This document shows, piece after piece, positions 23,100-32,998 of a stretch of 32,998 nt of DNA; the first letter of the stretch is position 1; every line of letters begins with the position of its first letter. Under the pieces are notes generated by a model. The model was not told where the DNA came from and ran no database searches. It saw only the letters and a program-made list of their open reading frames with translations. The position numbers and the translations under genes were made by a program. The stretch is from Octopus bimaculoides (Eukaryota): contig NC_068985.1 of the NCBI RefSeq assembly GCF_001194135.2, positions 98,958,722 to 98,991,719 on the forward strand. The letters run 5' to 3'.

Positions 23100-23400
23100 G
23101 GCAATATAAACTCTGTTTACTCATAGTTTGTGTGAACAAAAGTATGTTCATGATCAGTAAGCACATCTTTACTTTATCAAATTGTCTATTTTAAGCTTAT
23201 TCATTGCAGTTTTGTACCTGCCAGAAACTGAAGTTTTTTTTTTATCTCTTCTTATTTTGCTGATTGCACAGCGGCTGCATTGACAACTCTAGTATTGGCC
23301 GACTTTGGCACCTGCTGGTTGAATAGTAAAGCATGATTCTTCATCTCAAAAAGTAATTCCCACCTTCCTTGCAGTTTCAGTGACAATTTTATTCTCGTTA
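23100..23400 (-). mobile_element. Possible very decayed Penelope-type GIY-YIG remnant
   Basis: Minus-strand peptides RKVGITF, CQCSRCAISKIRRD, YKTAMNKLKIDN and LTDHEHTF loosely follow the PLE endonuclease layout. Contains several stops; weak. Confidence 0.3.
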
Positions 23401-23479
23401 CAATTGAATTTTTGTAAGATCGTTTGAAGTCGGCAAATTGCTTTTGCTTTAGTTGTCAATATGAAACGTAATATTCAGT

Positions 23480-24650
23480 CGGTGAGCTGGCAGAATTTTT
23501 GTCATGCCAGGGAAAATGCTTGGCAGCATTTCGCCTGTCTTTATGTTTTGAGTTCAAATTCCGCCGAGGTCGACTTTGCCTATCATCCTTTCGGGGTCGA
23601 TAAATTAAGTACCACCTGTGTACTGGGGGTCGAGTTAATCGACTGCCCCCTCCCCCAAAATTTCGGGCCTTGTGACTAGAGTAGAAAAGAATATTCAGCC
23701 GGTGAGCTAACAGAATTTTTATCATGCCAGGAAAAAATACTGGAGTCAATATAAATCCGTTTGTCTGTCCTTGTTTTTTTCCCCTCTGTGTGTAGCCCCT
23801 TGGGGGCAGTAAAGAAGTAAGAAACGTTAGCACAGCGGCCGAAATGCTTAGCGGTATTTCGTCTGTCTTTATGCTCTGAGTTCAAATTCTGCCGAGGTCG
23901 ACTTCGCCTTTCATCTTTTCGGGGGTTGATAAATTAAGTACTAGTTGAACTCTGTAGACGATGCAATCGGCTGACCCACTGCCCTGAAAGTGCTGACCTT
24001 GTACCAGCAATGAAATACAATATAAACCAACATAAAATGCGATATAAGGCAGCGAGTTGGCAGAATCGTTAGTACGCCGACATTTCGTCCGTTTTTACGC
24101 TGTGTTCAAATCCGTTGTGGTCATCTTTGTCTTTCATCATTTCGAGGGCCATAAAGTAAGTACCAATTGCGTACTGGGGTCAACGTGATCGACTTACCCA
24201 CTCCCCACGAACTTGCTGACCCTGTGCCACAATTTGAAACAAATATTTAGATGCTTTAAGGCGGTGAGCCGGCAGAATCATTTGCTCTCTGAGCAGAATG
24301 CTTAGTGACATTTTGACCTCTTCACATTCTGAGTTCAAATCACCAAGGTTGACTTCGACCTTCACTCCTATCGGTATCGATGAATAAGTAACAGTTGAGC
24401 ACGGGGGTCGATGTAATCGACTTACCTTCTGCCGAAATTACTGGCCACAATTTAAAACCAATATGAAATGTGATATAAAGTGGCAAAGTGGCAGAACCGT
24501 TAGCACGTCAGACAAAATGGTTACCAGTATTTCTTCTGGCGTTACTTTCTGGGTTCAAATGCCGCTAAAGTTGACTTTGTCTTTCATCCTTTTGGGGTCG
24601 TTAAAATAAGAACCGGTTGAGCACATGTGTCGATGTAATCGACTAGCACC
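23480..24650 (+). mobile_element. Tandem array of about six SINE family D units
   Basis: Heads at ~23480, 23700 (truncated), 23821, 24047, 24259 and 24478, all in the same orientation with short AT-rich linkers. Confidence 0.9.
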
Positions 24651-24765
24651 CTCATCTAAAATTATGTATATATATATATATATACATACATACATACATA
24701 CATACATACATAAAAGTATGCTACATGTTAAGAAAGCCCGTAACAAATTCTATTTAATCTCCGTT

Positions 24766-24982
24766 CCCATCATGTGTGTAACCGTGAGACTTTCATACTA
24801 ATATATAGATACGAGATGTCACGTGAACCGAAGAGCAAAGAGAGTCCAACAGGAAATATTTATCTACTGAAATTAGGATTGAAATGGGATTTAAAATTTG
24901 ACTGGCAGGAAAAGGTTAGTATTTTAATTATTGGAATACAAATTAGCCTCGCAGGCGTGAGTAAGGATTATGTTTTATGGCA
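24766..24982 (+). repeat. Unclassified ~220-bp dispersed repeat, copy 1
   Basis: Colinear with 30962-31180 (CCCATCATGTG...CGTGAACCGAA...GAAATGGGATTTAAAATTT...TTTTATGGCA). Confidence 0.85.
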
Positions 24983-25039
24983 GACGGAAGTTGCTCATGA
25001 AACAGGTCAGCCATCTTTATGATGTAGTTGAAGGATGAA

Positions 25040-25165
25040 TCAAATGTTCAAAGGACAAAGGGCAAAGTGGGACAAGGTAGGATTGCGAACTCAAATCGTA
25101 AAATGCAATGTCGGATCGCAAGATATTTTGTCCGACAATCTAATAATGCTGCCAATACGCCGCCC
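25040..25165 (-). mobile_element. Highly diverged SINE family D fragment
   Basis: AAGGACAAAGGGCAAAGT...GAACTCAAATCGTAAA...CTGCCAATACGCCGCC. Confidence 0.5.
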
Positions 25166-25230
25166 TGGGTTCGAACTGTATAGCATCAATCCTGGAACAA
25201 CAAGAATCAACTGAATTCGGACTGAGAAAG

Positions 25231-25405
25231 TGTCATGTCGACGCCCCAGGCGAAGAAGTATGATCTCCCAAGACATATAAAAAGAGGTATTCTGGCCGTG
25301 GTAGAGTGTTGAGTAGCAGTTGAGTAGCAGTCGAGTAGCAGTTGTGTAGCGGTTGAGTAGAGATCATCCGAAGGTGCTAGATAGTAGTAGCGTTGAGACA
25401 TAACA
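25231..25405 (+). mobile_element. Solo LTR (175 bp)
   Basis: TGTCATGTCGACG...GAGACATAACA, closely similar to 7740-7907, with TATA-like ACATATAAAA. Perfect 5-bp TSD GAAAG at 25226-25230 and 25406-25410. Confidence 0.92.
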
Positions 25406-26429
25406 GAAAGTAAAGCGCTGAAACAAATACTGCAACATAATTTGTTCGACGCTTTTAGGGATTCTGCCAACTCACTCCTTTAATTTAATTGTAGGTTACT
25501 GAATATCGCCATTATTAGACATTTATTAAGATATAAGTAGCAGAATCAGAAATATGTAAGAGTAACGTCCCTTCGCATTCTGAATTCAACTCTCGTTGTA
25601 GCTTGACTTCGTCTTGCATATCTCTGACATCGATCCAATCGATTACATCCTTAGTCAAAATATGTGGCCGTGTTGCTACATTAACAATAATTATTTATCC
25701 AATAAATCATATTATATAGCAAACATGCTATATACAATTACATTTGTCGGTTGATTTGTAACTGGTTATTACTAACAACTGATGCATCATGATACCGAGT
25801 AATACTAAATTTGATATATTTTAATTTTAGATGTCTGAATATCAACACCTGAAATAAAGCTACATCAATGACAGTAGGTAACAAATAGTATCATTTATCT
25901 ATAGACTTGAACATACTAAAACGAAAGACTATATAGTTACATGGCACATTTATCATCTAGAATGTATCGATTTATAACACGGAATGAAAATGACTGTCTG
26001 GAAATTACTTTGTGGAAAGAAAATCACTTGACAAGATTACCTTACAGTCTTTAGTTCGTTCTACGTTTTACTTAGCCAAGTTCAAATCCTGCTTGATGTA
26101 TTACACAATCTTGGGGTTAATTTAATAAAGCTTACATGCCTTCCTAAATACGTGTACTCTTATTAAAATCAGCTTTTGTAGCCGTCTTTTTATATTTCAC
26201 TTCCTCTCTTTCACTATTTCATTTCTAAGTAAAATGTTATGTCAGCGTTTTCTAGTCGCTCCACTTATTCTAGTTTCTCTCTTTATATATTTTCTCGTTT
26301 TTCTTTCCCCCTTGTACGGTCTCCAGTCTTGTCTCTTTCTCACTTTTTAATTATATTCAACTCCTTTTTAATTCACATTTTCTGTCAGTTCTGCATATCG
26401 CTCAGTTAAAGTGGAAACTAGCGTTGATT

Positions 26430-27540
26430 TTTTTATGTGGTTACAAAGAAGACTTATTGAAAAGCTGTATCTCTAAAGAAACTATGGCAAAATGGACGTG
26501 GGGTCGAATTACGAATGTAGAGGCTGCTACAAATTATCCTAAGGCAGCCGAAAGGATTGCTGAACAAGCTACACACCTGAGCAAGTATGCAATGTTGATG
26601 AAGCTGCACCTCTTTAGAAGCGCATGCCTGCTAGAACTATTTTGACTCTTAGGAAAAATAGATACCAGGATTTAAAGCAGGATTTAAATCGTGTGATGCT
26701 TCTTCTGGGAGAAAATGCCTCTGGAGATGCATAAAATTAAAACTCCCACTCGTGTATCACTCCAAAGAGCCGAGGGCTTTCAGGAGTTTAATCTACCTTT
26801 GGTTTCTCGTTCAAATAAGGTGTTGACGACCAAGAACCTTTTAGAAGAGTAGTTTACAAATATGTTCCATTCTGCTGCAGAAGGGTACAGTGCCAAACAT
26901 GATATTTTCAGCAAAGCACTGTTCCTTTTAAATAATACTCCAGTCAACTTAAATAAGCTTCCTAATAAGTGAGGGTAGAATATATACCCAAGAGTATCTT
27001 TTCGGTTCAGCTTATGGATCAAGGTGTAGTAGCTAACTCCAAGCTACATTATCTGAGTAGTAATTGGATGAAGTGAAACCATCAACTATTAATGGTGTTT
27101 GAAAAAATATGTGGCCAGACTGTGAACATGCTTTTATAAGTTTTCCACGAGCAGTATACATCAAATTCAGGAAGATATTTTGACACTTGTAAATGATGTA
27201 GGATTTGAAAATGACGTTCATGTGATTGTGTTGACAGTGTTTCATCGAGAAGGTTTCTCTAACGAGGAACTGATGCTGTTGGCACAAGATCTGAGAATAC
27301 AAATAAAAATGCGGAAATTCCATCAATACCACTTGAATTGATTGCAAAGAATATCGCAAAAGGGTTGGCACTTATAGAGGAAGGCCTGTAAAGTTTTTCT
27401 GTTAACAACCCTAATTGTAAAAGTAACATGAATATTACAAGAGGTGCTTTCAATAAGTTCAGTTCTTACACTGAACTGTGCAAAGAGATGAGGCCCCATA
27501 AAAACCAAACAACCTTTTGATAAGTTCTTCATCCCTCAAG
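26430..27540 (+). pseudogene. Tigger/pogo (TIGD1-like) DDE transposase, decayed
   Basis: Across frameshifts: VEAATNYP, TPEQVCNVDE (NVDE 26591-26602), KRMPARTI, LLLGENASGD, LPLVYHSKEPRAF, KALFLLNN (D>N), LMDQGVVA (27011-27034), DEVKPSTINGV*KNMWPDC, FSNEELMLL, LIEEGL, QTTFDKFF. Confidence 0.9.
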
Positions 27541-28710
27541 TAGATGTTGATAATGACGAATAAGGTAGAAGATAATGTCTCCTCGTCTTCCTCATAATTT
27601 TTATTCCCGCATCTCACATAGTACTCAACATCTTTTGTATTACAATATTACGATTCTTGTTTATTTCCTAACGTACTTTCTTACAAATTCTTTTTAATGT
27701 GTACACATTGCACTGTGTATGTTTAGAAATTGTTATTTTCTTGCTTAAAAGCGGTTGCACAGCTTGTATTCTGTTGTTCATATTATTTTTCGCCAAAAAA
27801 TCCATCGGAACGCATCTCAGTTTACAACATGAAAACCAACTGGGATTTTTAGAATCACATTAGGCCCGTATCGCGAGGGACCCCTGCATGTCGGAAGTAA
27901 TGAGATATTGATCTTTAGATCATGGTATCTTGAAATGAAATTCCGATATCTTTATATAATAATGAAGGTCCTGATGTCAACAGTAGCACGGGCAAATTTA
28001 ATTTGGCCCATGAACTTTTTTGTTGACTGTCCGGCCATCTCATCTCTCTTCGTTTCATTTGTAAACATTCCTTAACAAATTGATAATCTTTTTATCTCTT
28101 TATGTTTTAAACACCTTTCTGGTATAAATGACATTTTTGTAACACTGTAAAAATATGGTTTAGAATCAATTTCAGAAAACTAAAACAATTCAATTTGAAA
28201 ATCCTTGTTTATTGTTTAATTTTCAACAGTTCAATAAACATACCCTACTGAGGAAGTGAAAAAAAAAAAGAAAAAAAAATTCAAAAATATAAAAATATTT
28301 TACGAAAATAAAAAAAAATTATATATTCATAAACAGTGGAGCCAAAGAGTCTAACTTAAAAGATAAAAGAGAATATTAATTTTACAAGGAATGGTTTTCA
28401 CTACCACCGAAAAGATATGAAAAGTCATAGAACTGTGTAATATGATAGGAGTTACACCCTCATTAAGATGCCATGACCTGTAGAAAGATATTCAACTGTA
28501 ATCGACTGACTGTAATCTTCCCGCAATAGTATTTTTTTTTAATGCAGATTTTGAACAATATTATTTAAAATGTGTTTAGTTTGTTTGCTTTGTCTCTTCA
28601 ATAGGGTTTGTAACTGAAACAATGGAATAATGGAGAAGGAAAAAAATGATTGTCAAAATACATGGTATTGGCTCCGCAGATTGATGCTCTTAGGTACTTA
28701 TGCATCTTGG

Positions 28711-28723
28711 TCTATCTATCTAC

Positions 28724-28782
<59 letters not shown>
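28711..28782. repeat. (TCTA)n microsatellite
   Basis: Direct reading. Confidence 0.97.
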
Positions 28783-28784
<2 letters not shown>

Positions 28785-29096
28785 CGTTTCTCACTCACGC
28801 TCTCTCTCCTCCCAAACTCAGTCGCACGTACGTGCAGGCACAGACACATACACGCACACAAGTTTATTTTAGACCAATGACAGGGACATTAACTTTCTCT
28901 TTATTGGGCATGATTTTGCAATATAGTAACAAAAACTGCAACGGAACACGTAATTCACGAAAGTGGTAGAGATATAGGTTGACCATAAAGATCAGTCGTT
29001 CTCAAAAGGGGTTCATATCGTGCTTGGGATCCATATAAGATTGTGCTGTTAAAATCTATGTGCAATAAATTGCTCATACTTCTACAATACACGCAT

Positions 29097-29466
29097 GGAG
29101 GCGCAATGGCCCAGTGGTTAAGGAAGCGAACTCACAGTTGTAGGATCGCAGTTTCGATTTCCAGACCAGGCGTTGTGAGTGTTTATTGAGCGAAAACACC
29201 TAAAGCTCCACGAGGCTTCGACAGGGGGTGGTGGCGAACCCTGTTGTACTTTTTCACCACAACTTTCTCTAATTCTTTCCTCCTGATTCTGTTGTACCTG
29301 TATTTCAAAGGGCCACTCTGTATCACGCTGAATTTTCTTGAGAACTACGTGAAGAGTACACGTGTCTGTGGAGTGCTCAGCCACTTGCACAGTAATTTCA
29401 CGAGCAGGCTGTTCCGTTGATCGAATCAACTGGGACCCTTGTCGTCCTAACCCACGGAGTGCCTCG
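29097..29466 (+). mobile_element. tRNA-derived SINE (family C), second full copy
   Basis: Colinear with 9783-10169. ACAATACAC occurs on both flanks (29084-29092, 29467-29475) as a partial TSD. Confidence 0.92.
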
Positions 29467-29533
29467 ACAATACACAAGATATTTAAATGTTTTAATAGAA
29501 TTCCTTATAATATTTATAAAATTGGTTTATATA

Positions 29534-30062
29534 GGCGCAGGAATGGCTGTGTGGAAAGTAGTTTGCTTACCAACCACATGGTTCTGGGTTCACTCTCACT
29601 GCGTAGCATCCGGAGCAAGTGTCTTCTACTATAGCCTCGGGCCGACTAAAGACTTGTGAGTGGATTTGGTAGACGGAAACTGAAAGAAGCCCGTTATATA
29701 TATATATATATATATATATATNNNNNNNNNNNNNNNNNNNNNNNNNNNNNNNNNNNNNNNNNNNNNNNNNNNNNNNNNNNNNNNNNNNNNNNNNNNNNNN
29801 NNNNNNNNNNNNNNNNNNNNNNNNNNNNNNNNNNNNNNNNNNNNNNNNNNTGTGTGTCTGTGTTTGTTCCCCCACCATCGCTTGACAACCAGTGTTGGTG
29901 TGTTTACGTCCCCGTAGTTTAGCAGTTCGGCCAAAAATGACCGATAGAATAAGTACTAGGCTTACAAAGAATAAGTCTTGGGGTCGATTTGTTCAATTAA
30001 AGGCGGTGCTCCATCATGGCCGCAGTCAAATGACTGAAAACAAATAAAAGATTAAAAGAATA
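29534..30062 (+). mobile_element. Full-length CORE-type SINE (family A); internal microsatellite partly gapped
   Basis: GGCGCAGGAATGGCTGTGTGG head through GCAGTCAAATGACTGAAA and a (TAAAAG)-type tail. Confidence 0.92.
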
Positions 30063-30159
30063 AAAATAATACATCAATCGACAAAGAAGGTTCAATAGAG
30101 TTGAATAGCAATCAAAAGCGTCCATTGGGGAAAAAGGATTGAGAACCCCTAATGTCAAC

Positions 30160-30670
30160 TATATCAGAATTCGGTGTCTAAAACTGACACGTTGATATTA
30201 TCTCCTTATGAGACATAGTATCGTGGGAAAACGTTGTACAAAACAACCAGCAAAGTGGATAATCCTGAAGATAGAAATTATAAGAAACTATACGGATGTT
30301 GAGAGCAACATCTGAAAGGATAATACAAAGGAATAAAATGAACGTAAATTAGCAGGACATTCTTGTCAAAACCTCAGTAGTATTCTAGTATAACGCAATG
30401 AGTTAGGAGAAAGAAAAGAAATTGTGCAGAGTCGTGAAAATCAGTTGCCCAGCAGATGTTTCATAATGTTGAAAATTAGTGATAAAGAAAAACAACTATG
30501 GCGGACTAATGATAAATTTACAGTTATTCCACCTGGACGTAACTAACTCGGTAGCAATTTTGGGAAGATGACTTTCGTAAAATCAGCGACAGTACGGCTA
30601 TTTAGGAAATTGCAGTTACAAACCATAATTGGTTGTGTGGAAATATGAAAACATTCCAAAAGTTTGTCAT
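30160..30670 (+). mobile_element. 3' fragment of an RLE-type (R4/Dong-like) non-LTR retrotransposon
   Basis: Across frameshifts: CLKLTR*YYLLMRHSIVGK, KVDNPE, EKEKKLCRVVKISCPADV, LKISDKE/NYGGLMINLQLF, LFRKLQLQTIIG. This follows the post-zinc-knuckle RH motif and restriction-like endonuclease pattern as I recall it. Confidence 0.6.
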
Positions 30671-30841
30671 GTTATATGTTGGATATACACATACGTAGCG
30701 ATGAAAATAGATGCATGTGCACACATACATAAATCAAAACATGCATTTCCATATAAGCAATATATTCATGCTCGCTCACATCTACACGTATGTACGTATT
30801 TGCTCACATATATACATGCATGCAGTATGCATACCAATACA

Positions 30842-30869
30842 CAGGTTGTTCAAAAAGTCTCTCCGCAGT
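30842..30869. mobile_element. Orphan mariner TIR, same family as 5848-6082
   Basis: CAGGTTGTTCAAAAAGTCTCTCCGCAGT; no partner TIR found nearby. Confidence 0.7.
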
Positions 30870-30961
30870 AAGTAATTTTTATTACAAAAGAAATATTCAT
30901 AAAATGGTATAAGACTACAAAATAATATATTAGACTTTACAAGACTTTTATAATTTTCGAT

Positions 30962-31180
30962 CCCATCATGTGTTTAATCGTGAGACGTTCATAGCAAAAT
31001 ATAGACACGAGATGCCTCGTGAACCGAATAACAAAGAAAAATCCTATAGAAGATATTTAGCCACTGAAATTAACGTTGAAATGGGATTTAAAATTTAACT
31101 AGCCGAAAAAGGATATTATTTTAACCATTGGAACACATATTATCCTCACAGACGCGCGGAAAGATTGTATTTTTATGGCA
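30962..31180 (+). repeat. Unclassified ~220-bp dispersed repeat, copy 2
   Basis: Colinear with 24766-24982. Confidence 0.85.
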
Positions 31181-31633
31181 AATAACTGTTGTCCATGATA
31201 CTACGATTTAATTTTAAGATAGCAGGCAATAATCCGAGGGAAATTAGTGTGGTTGGTATTGTCTAACCTCAAGTTAATTTCGAACAAACCTATGATAAGA
31301 GCAATCCAATAATGATTATTCCGTCTTTCTTCAAGTGCAAGGAAAGCTACGAATACTTTATTCAAAGAGTGGAAGATGATACGGTGTGATTTGGCTTCTA
31401 TTTCTAGCACATCGTTGGATCGAAATTTGCCCGGTGGAGCAGCTCCTCTCGTTGGTTCGAAAAACTCAACCATTACTGTTTAATCCTGGATTAGGCTCGA
31501 TCAATAATAATTATGGTCTATGTATCAGTTCATTTCAAATCCCAGAGCAATCGTTTAGCAGTTTTCTGCTCTTGATTGGCAGTTCGCGGTACTTCGGTAA
31601 CATCGGATCTAACTGCATACAATATTTGTCTGC

Positions 31634-31830
31634 AAGTAGCTTGCTTACCCAGCATATGGTTCTGGGTTCATTCCCACTGCGTGGCACCTTGGGCAAGTGT
31701 CTTCCACTATAGCCTCGGGCCGACAAAAGCCTTGTGAGTGGATTTGGTAGACGGAAACTGAAAGAAGCCCGTCGTATATATGTATATATATATGTATGTG
31801 TGTGTATATGTTTGTGTGCATGCATGCATG
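31634..31830 (+). mobile_element. CORE-type SINE (family A), 5' half running into a microsatellite and gap
   Basis: CACTGCGTGGCACCTTGGGCAAGTGTCTT...GAAACTGAAAGAAGCCCGTCG. Confidence 0.9.
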
Positions 31831-32767
31831 NNNNNNNNNNNNNNNNNNNNNNNNNNNNNNNNNNNNNNNNNNNNNNNNNNNNNNNNNNNNNNNNNNNNNN
31901 NNNNNNNNNNNNNNNNNNNNNNNNNNNNNNNNNNNNNNNNNNNNNNNNNNNNNNNNNNNNNNNNNNNNNNNNNNNNNNNNNNNNNNNNNNNNNNNNNNNN
32001 NNNNNNNNNNNNNNNNNNNNNNNNNNNNNNNNNNNNNNNNNNNNNNNNNNNNNNNNNNNNNNNNNNNNNNNNNNNNNNNNNNNNNNNNNNNNNNNNNNNN
32101 NNNNNNNNNNNNNNNNNNNNNNNNNNNNNNNNNNNNNNNNNNNNNNNNNNNNNNNNNNNNNNNNNNNNNNNNNNNNNNNNNNNNNNNNNNNNNNNNNNNN
32201 NNNNNNNNNNNNNNNNNNNNNNNNNNNNNNNNNNNNNNNNNNNNNNNNNNNNNNNNNNNNNNNNNNNNNNNNNNNNNNNNNNNNNNNNNNNNNNNNNNNN
32301 NNNNNNNNNNNNNNNNNNNNNNNNNNNNNNNNNNNNNNNNNNNNNNNNNNNNNNNNNNNNNNNNNNNNNNNNNNNNNNNNNNNNNNNNNNNNNNNNNNNN
32401 NNNNNNNNNNNNNNNNNNNNNNNNNNNNNNNNNNNNNNNNNNNNNNNNNNNNNNNNNNNNNNNNNNNNNNNNNNNNNNNNNNNNNNNNNNNNNNNNNNNN
32501 NNNNNNNNNNNNNNNNNNNNNNNNNNNNNNNNNNATATATATATATATATATATATATACGAATGCATGTTTGAATTTGTGTATGTTTATGCTTATAAGC
32601 ATTTATGCCTGGTTGTATATGTATATGTTTGTGAATAATGCAAACTGACATATGTGTACATATATAGTAGCATGTATCTAGTTATATCTAAGTACCCATA
32701 TTCTAATTCTGCCATGTATCCTCTATCCAATAGTCATCTTGATAAAAAAACAGATATATAAATATGC

Positions 32768-32795
32768 ATCTATCTATCTATCCATCGATCGATCC

Positions 32796-32879
<84 letters not shown>

Positions 32880-32992
32880 ATCTATCTATGTCTCTCTGTC
32901 TGTTTATCTATCTATCTATATATCTATCTATCTATCTATCTATGTCTCTCTGTCTGTTTATCTATCTATCTATATATCTATCTATCTATCTA
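32768..32992. repeat. (ATCT)n array ending in two copies of a ~60-bp higher-order unit
   Basis: CTATGTCTCTCTGTCTGTTTATCTATCTATCTATATATCTATC occurs twice (~32887 and ~32940). Confidence 0.9.
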
Positions 32993-32998
32993 ACTGCT

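Noticed and set aside
23480-24650. Regularly spaced repeats resembling a CRISPR array
   Set aside because: The units are ~200-bp diverged SINEs in eukaryotic DNA, with no short identical repeats, unique spacers or cas genes.
26780-27532. Minus-strand ORFs that superficially resemble an L1/Tx1 endonuclease
   Set aside because: The plus strand carries a much stronger, colinear series of Tigger transposase motifs; these ORFs are its antisense shadow.

Overview
AT-rich, repeat-saturated eukaryotic DNA from a gapped draft assembly: 11 N-runs (~4.9 kb), mostly flanked by microsatellites. The SINE families resemble ones I recall from octopus genomes, so a coleoid cephalopod source is likely (recall, not a database result). 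I found no intact protein-coding gene, rRNA, true tRNA or CRISPR array. Most entries in the ORF track are artefacts of N-runs or simple repeats. The window is a stack of decayed and nested transposons: (1) a Penelope-like retroelement (RT + GIY-YIG, 6.5-8.4 kb, minus strand) split by a miniature LTR element with a tRNA-Ser primer-binding site; (2) two further solo LTRs of that group with perfect 5-bp TSDs; (3) a Tigger/pogo transposase pseudogene; (4) Tigger, mariner and hAT MITEs; (5) an RLE-type non-LTR fragment; (6) over 20 copies or fragments from four tRNA-derived SINE families, some in tandem arrays, a TSD-flanked dimer and head-to-head inverted pairs. I did not find convincing evidence of a new coding system; the best leads are TE architecture and possible dsRNA/ADAR substrates.
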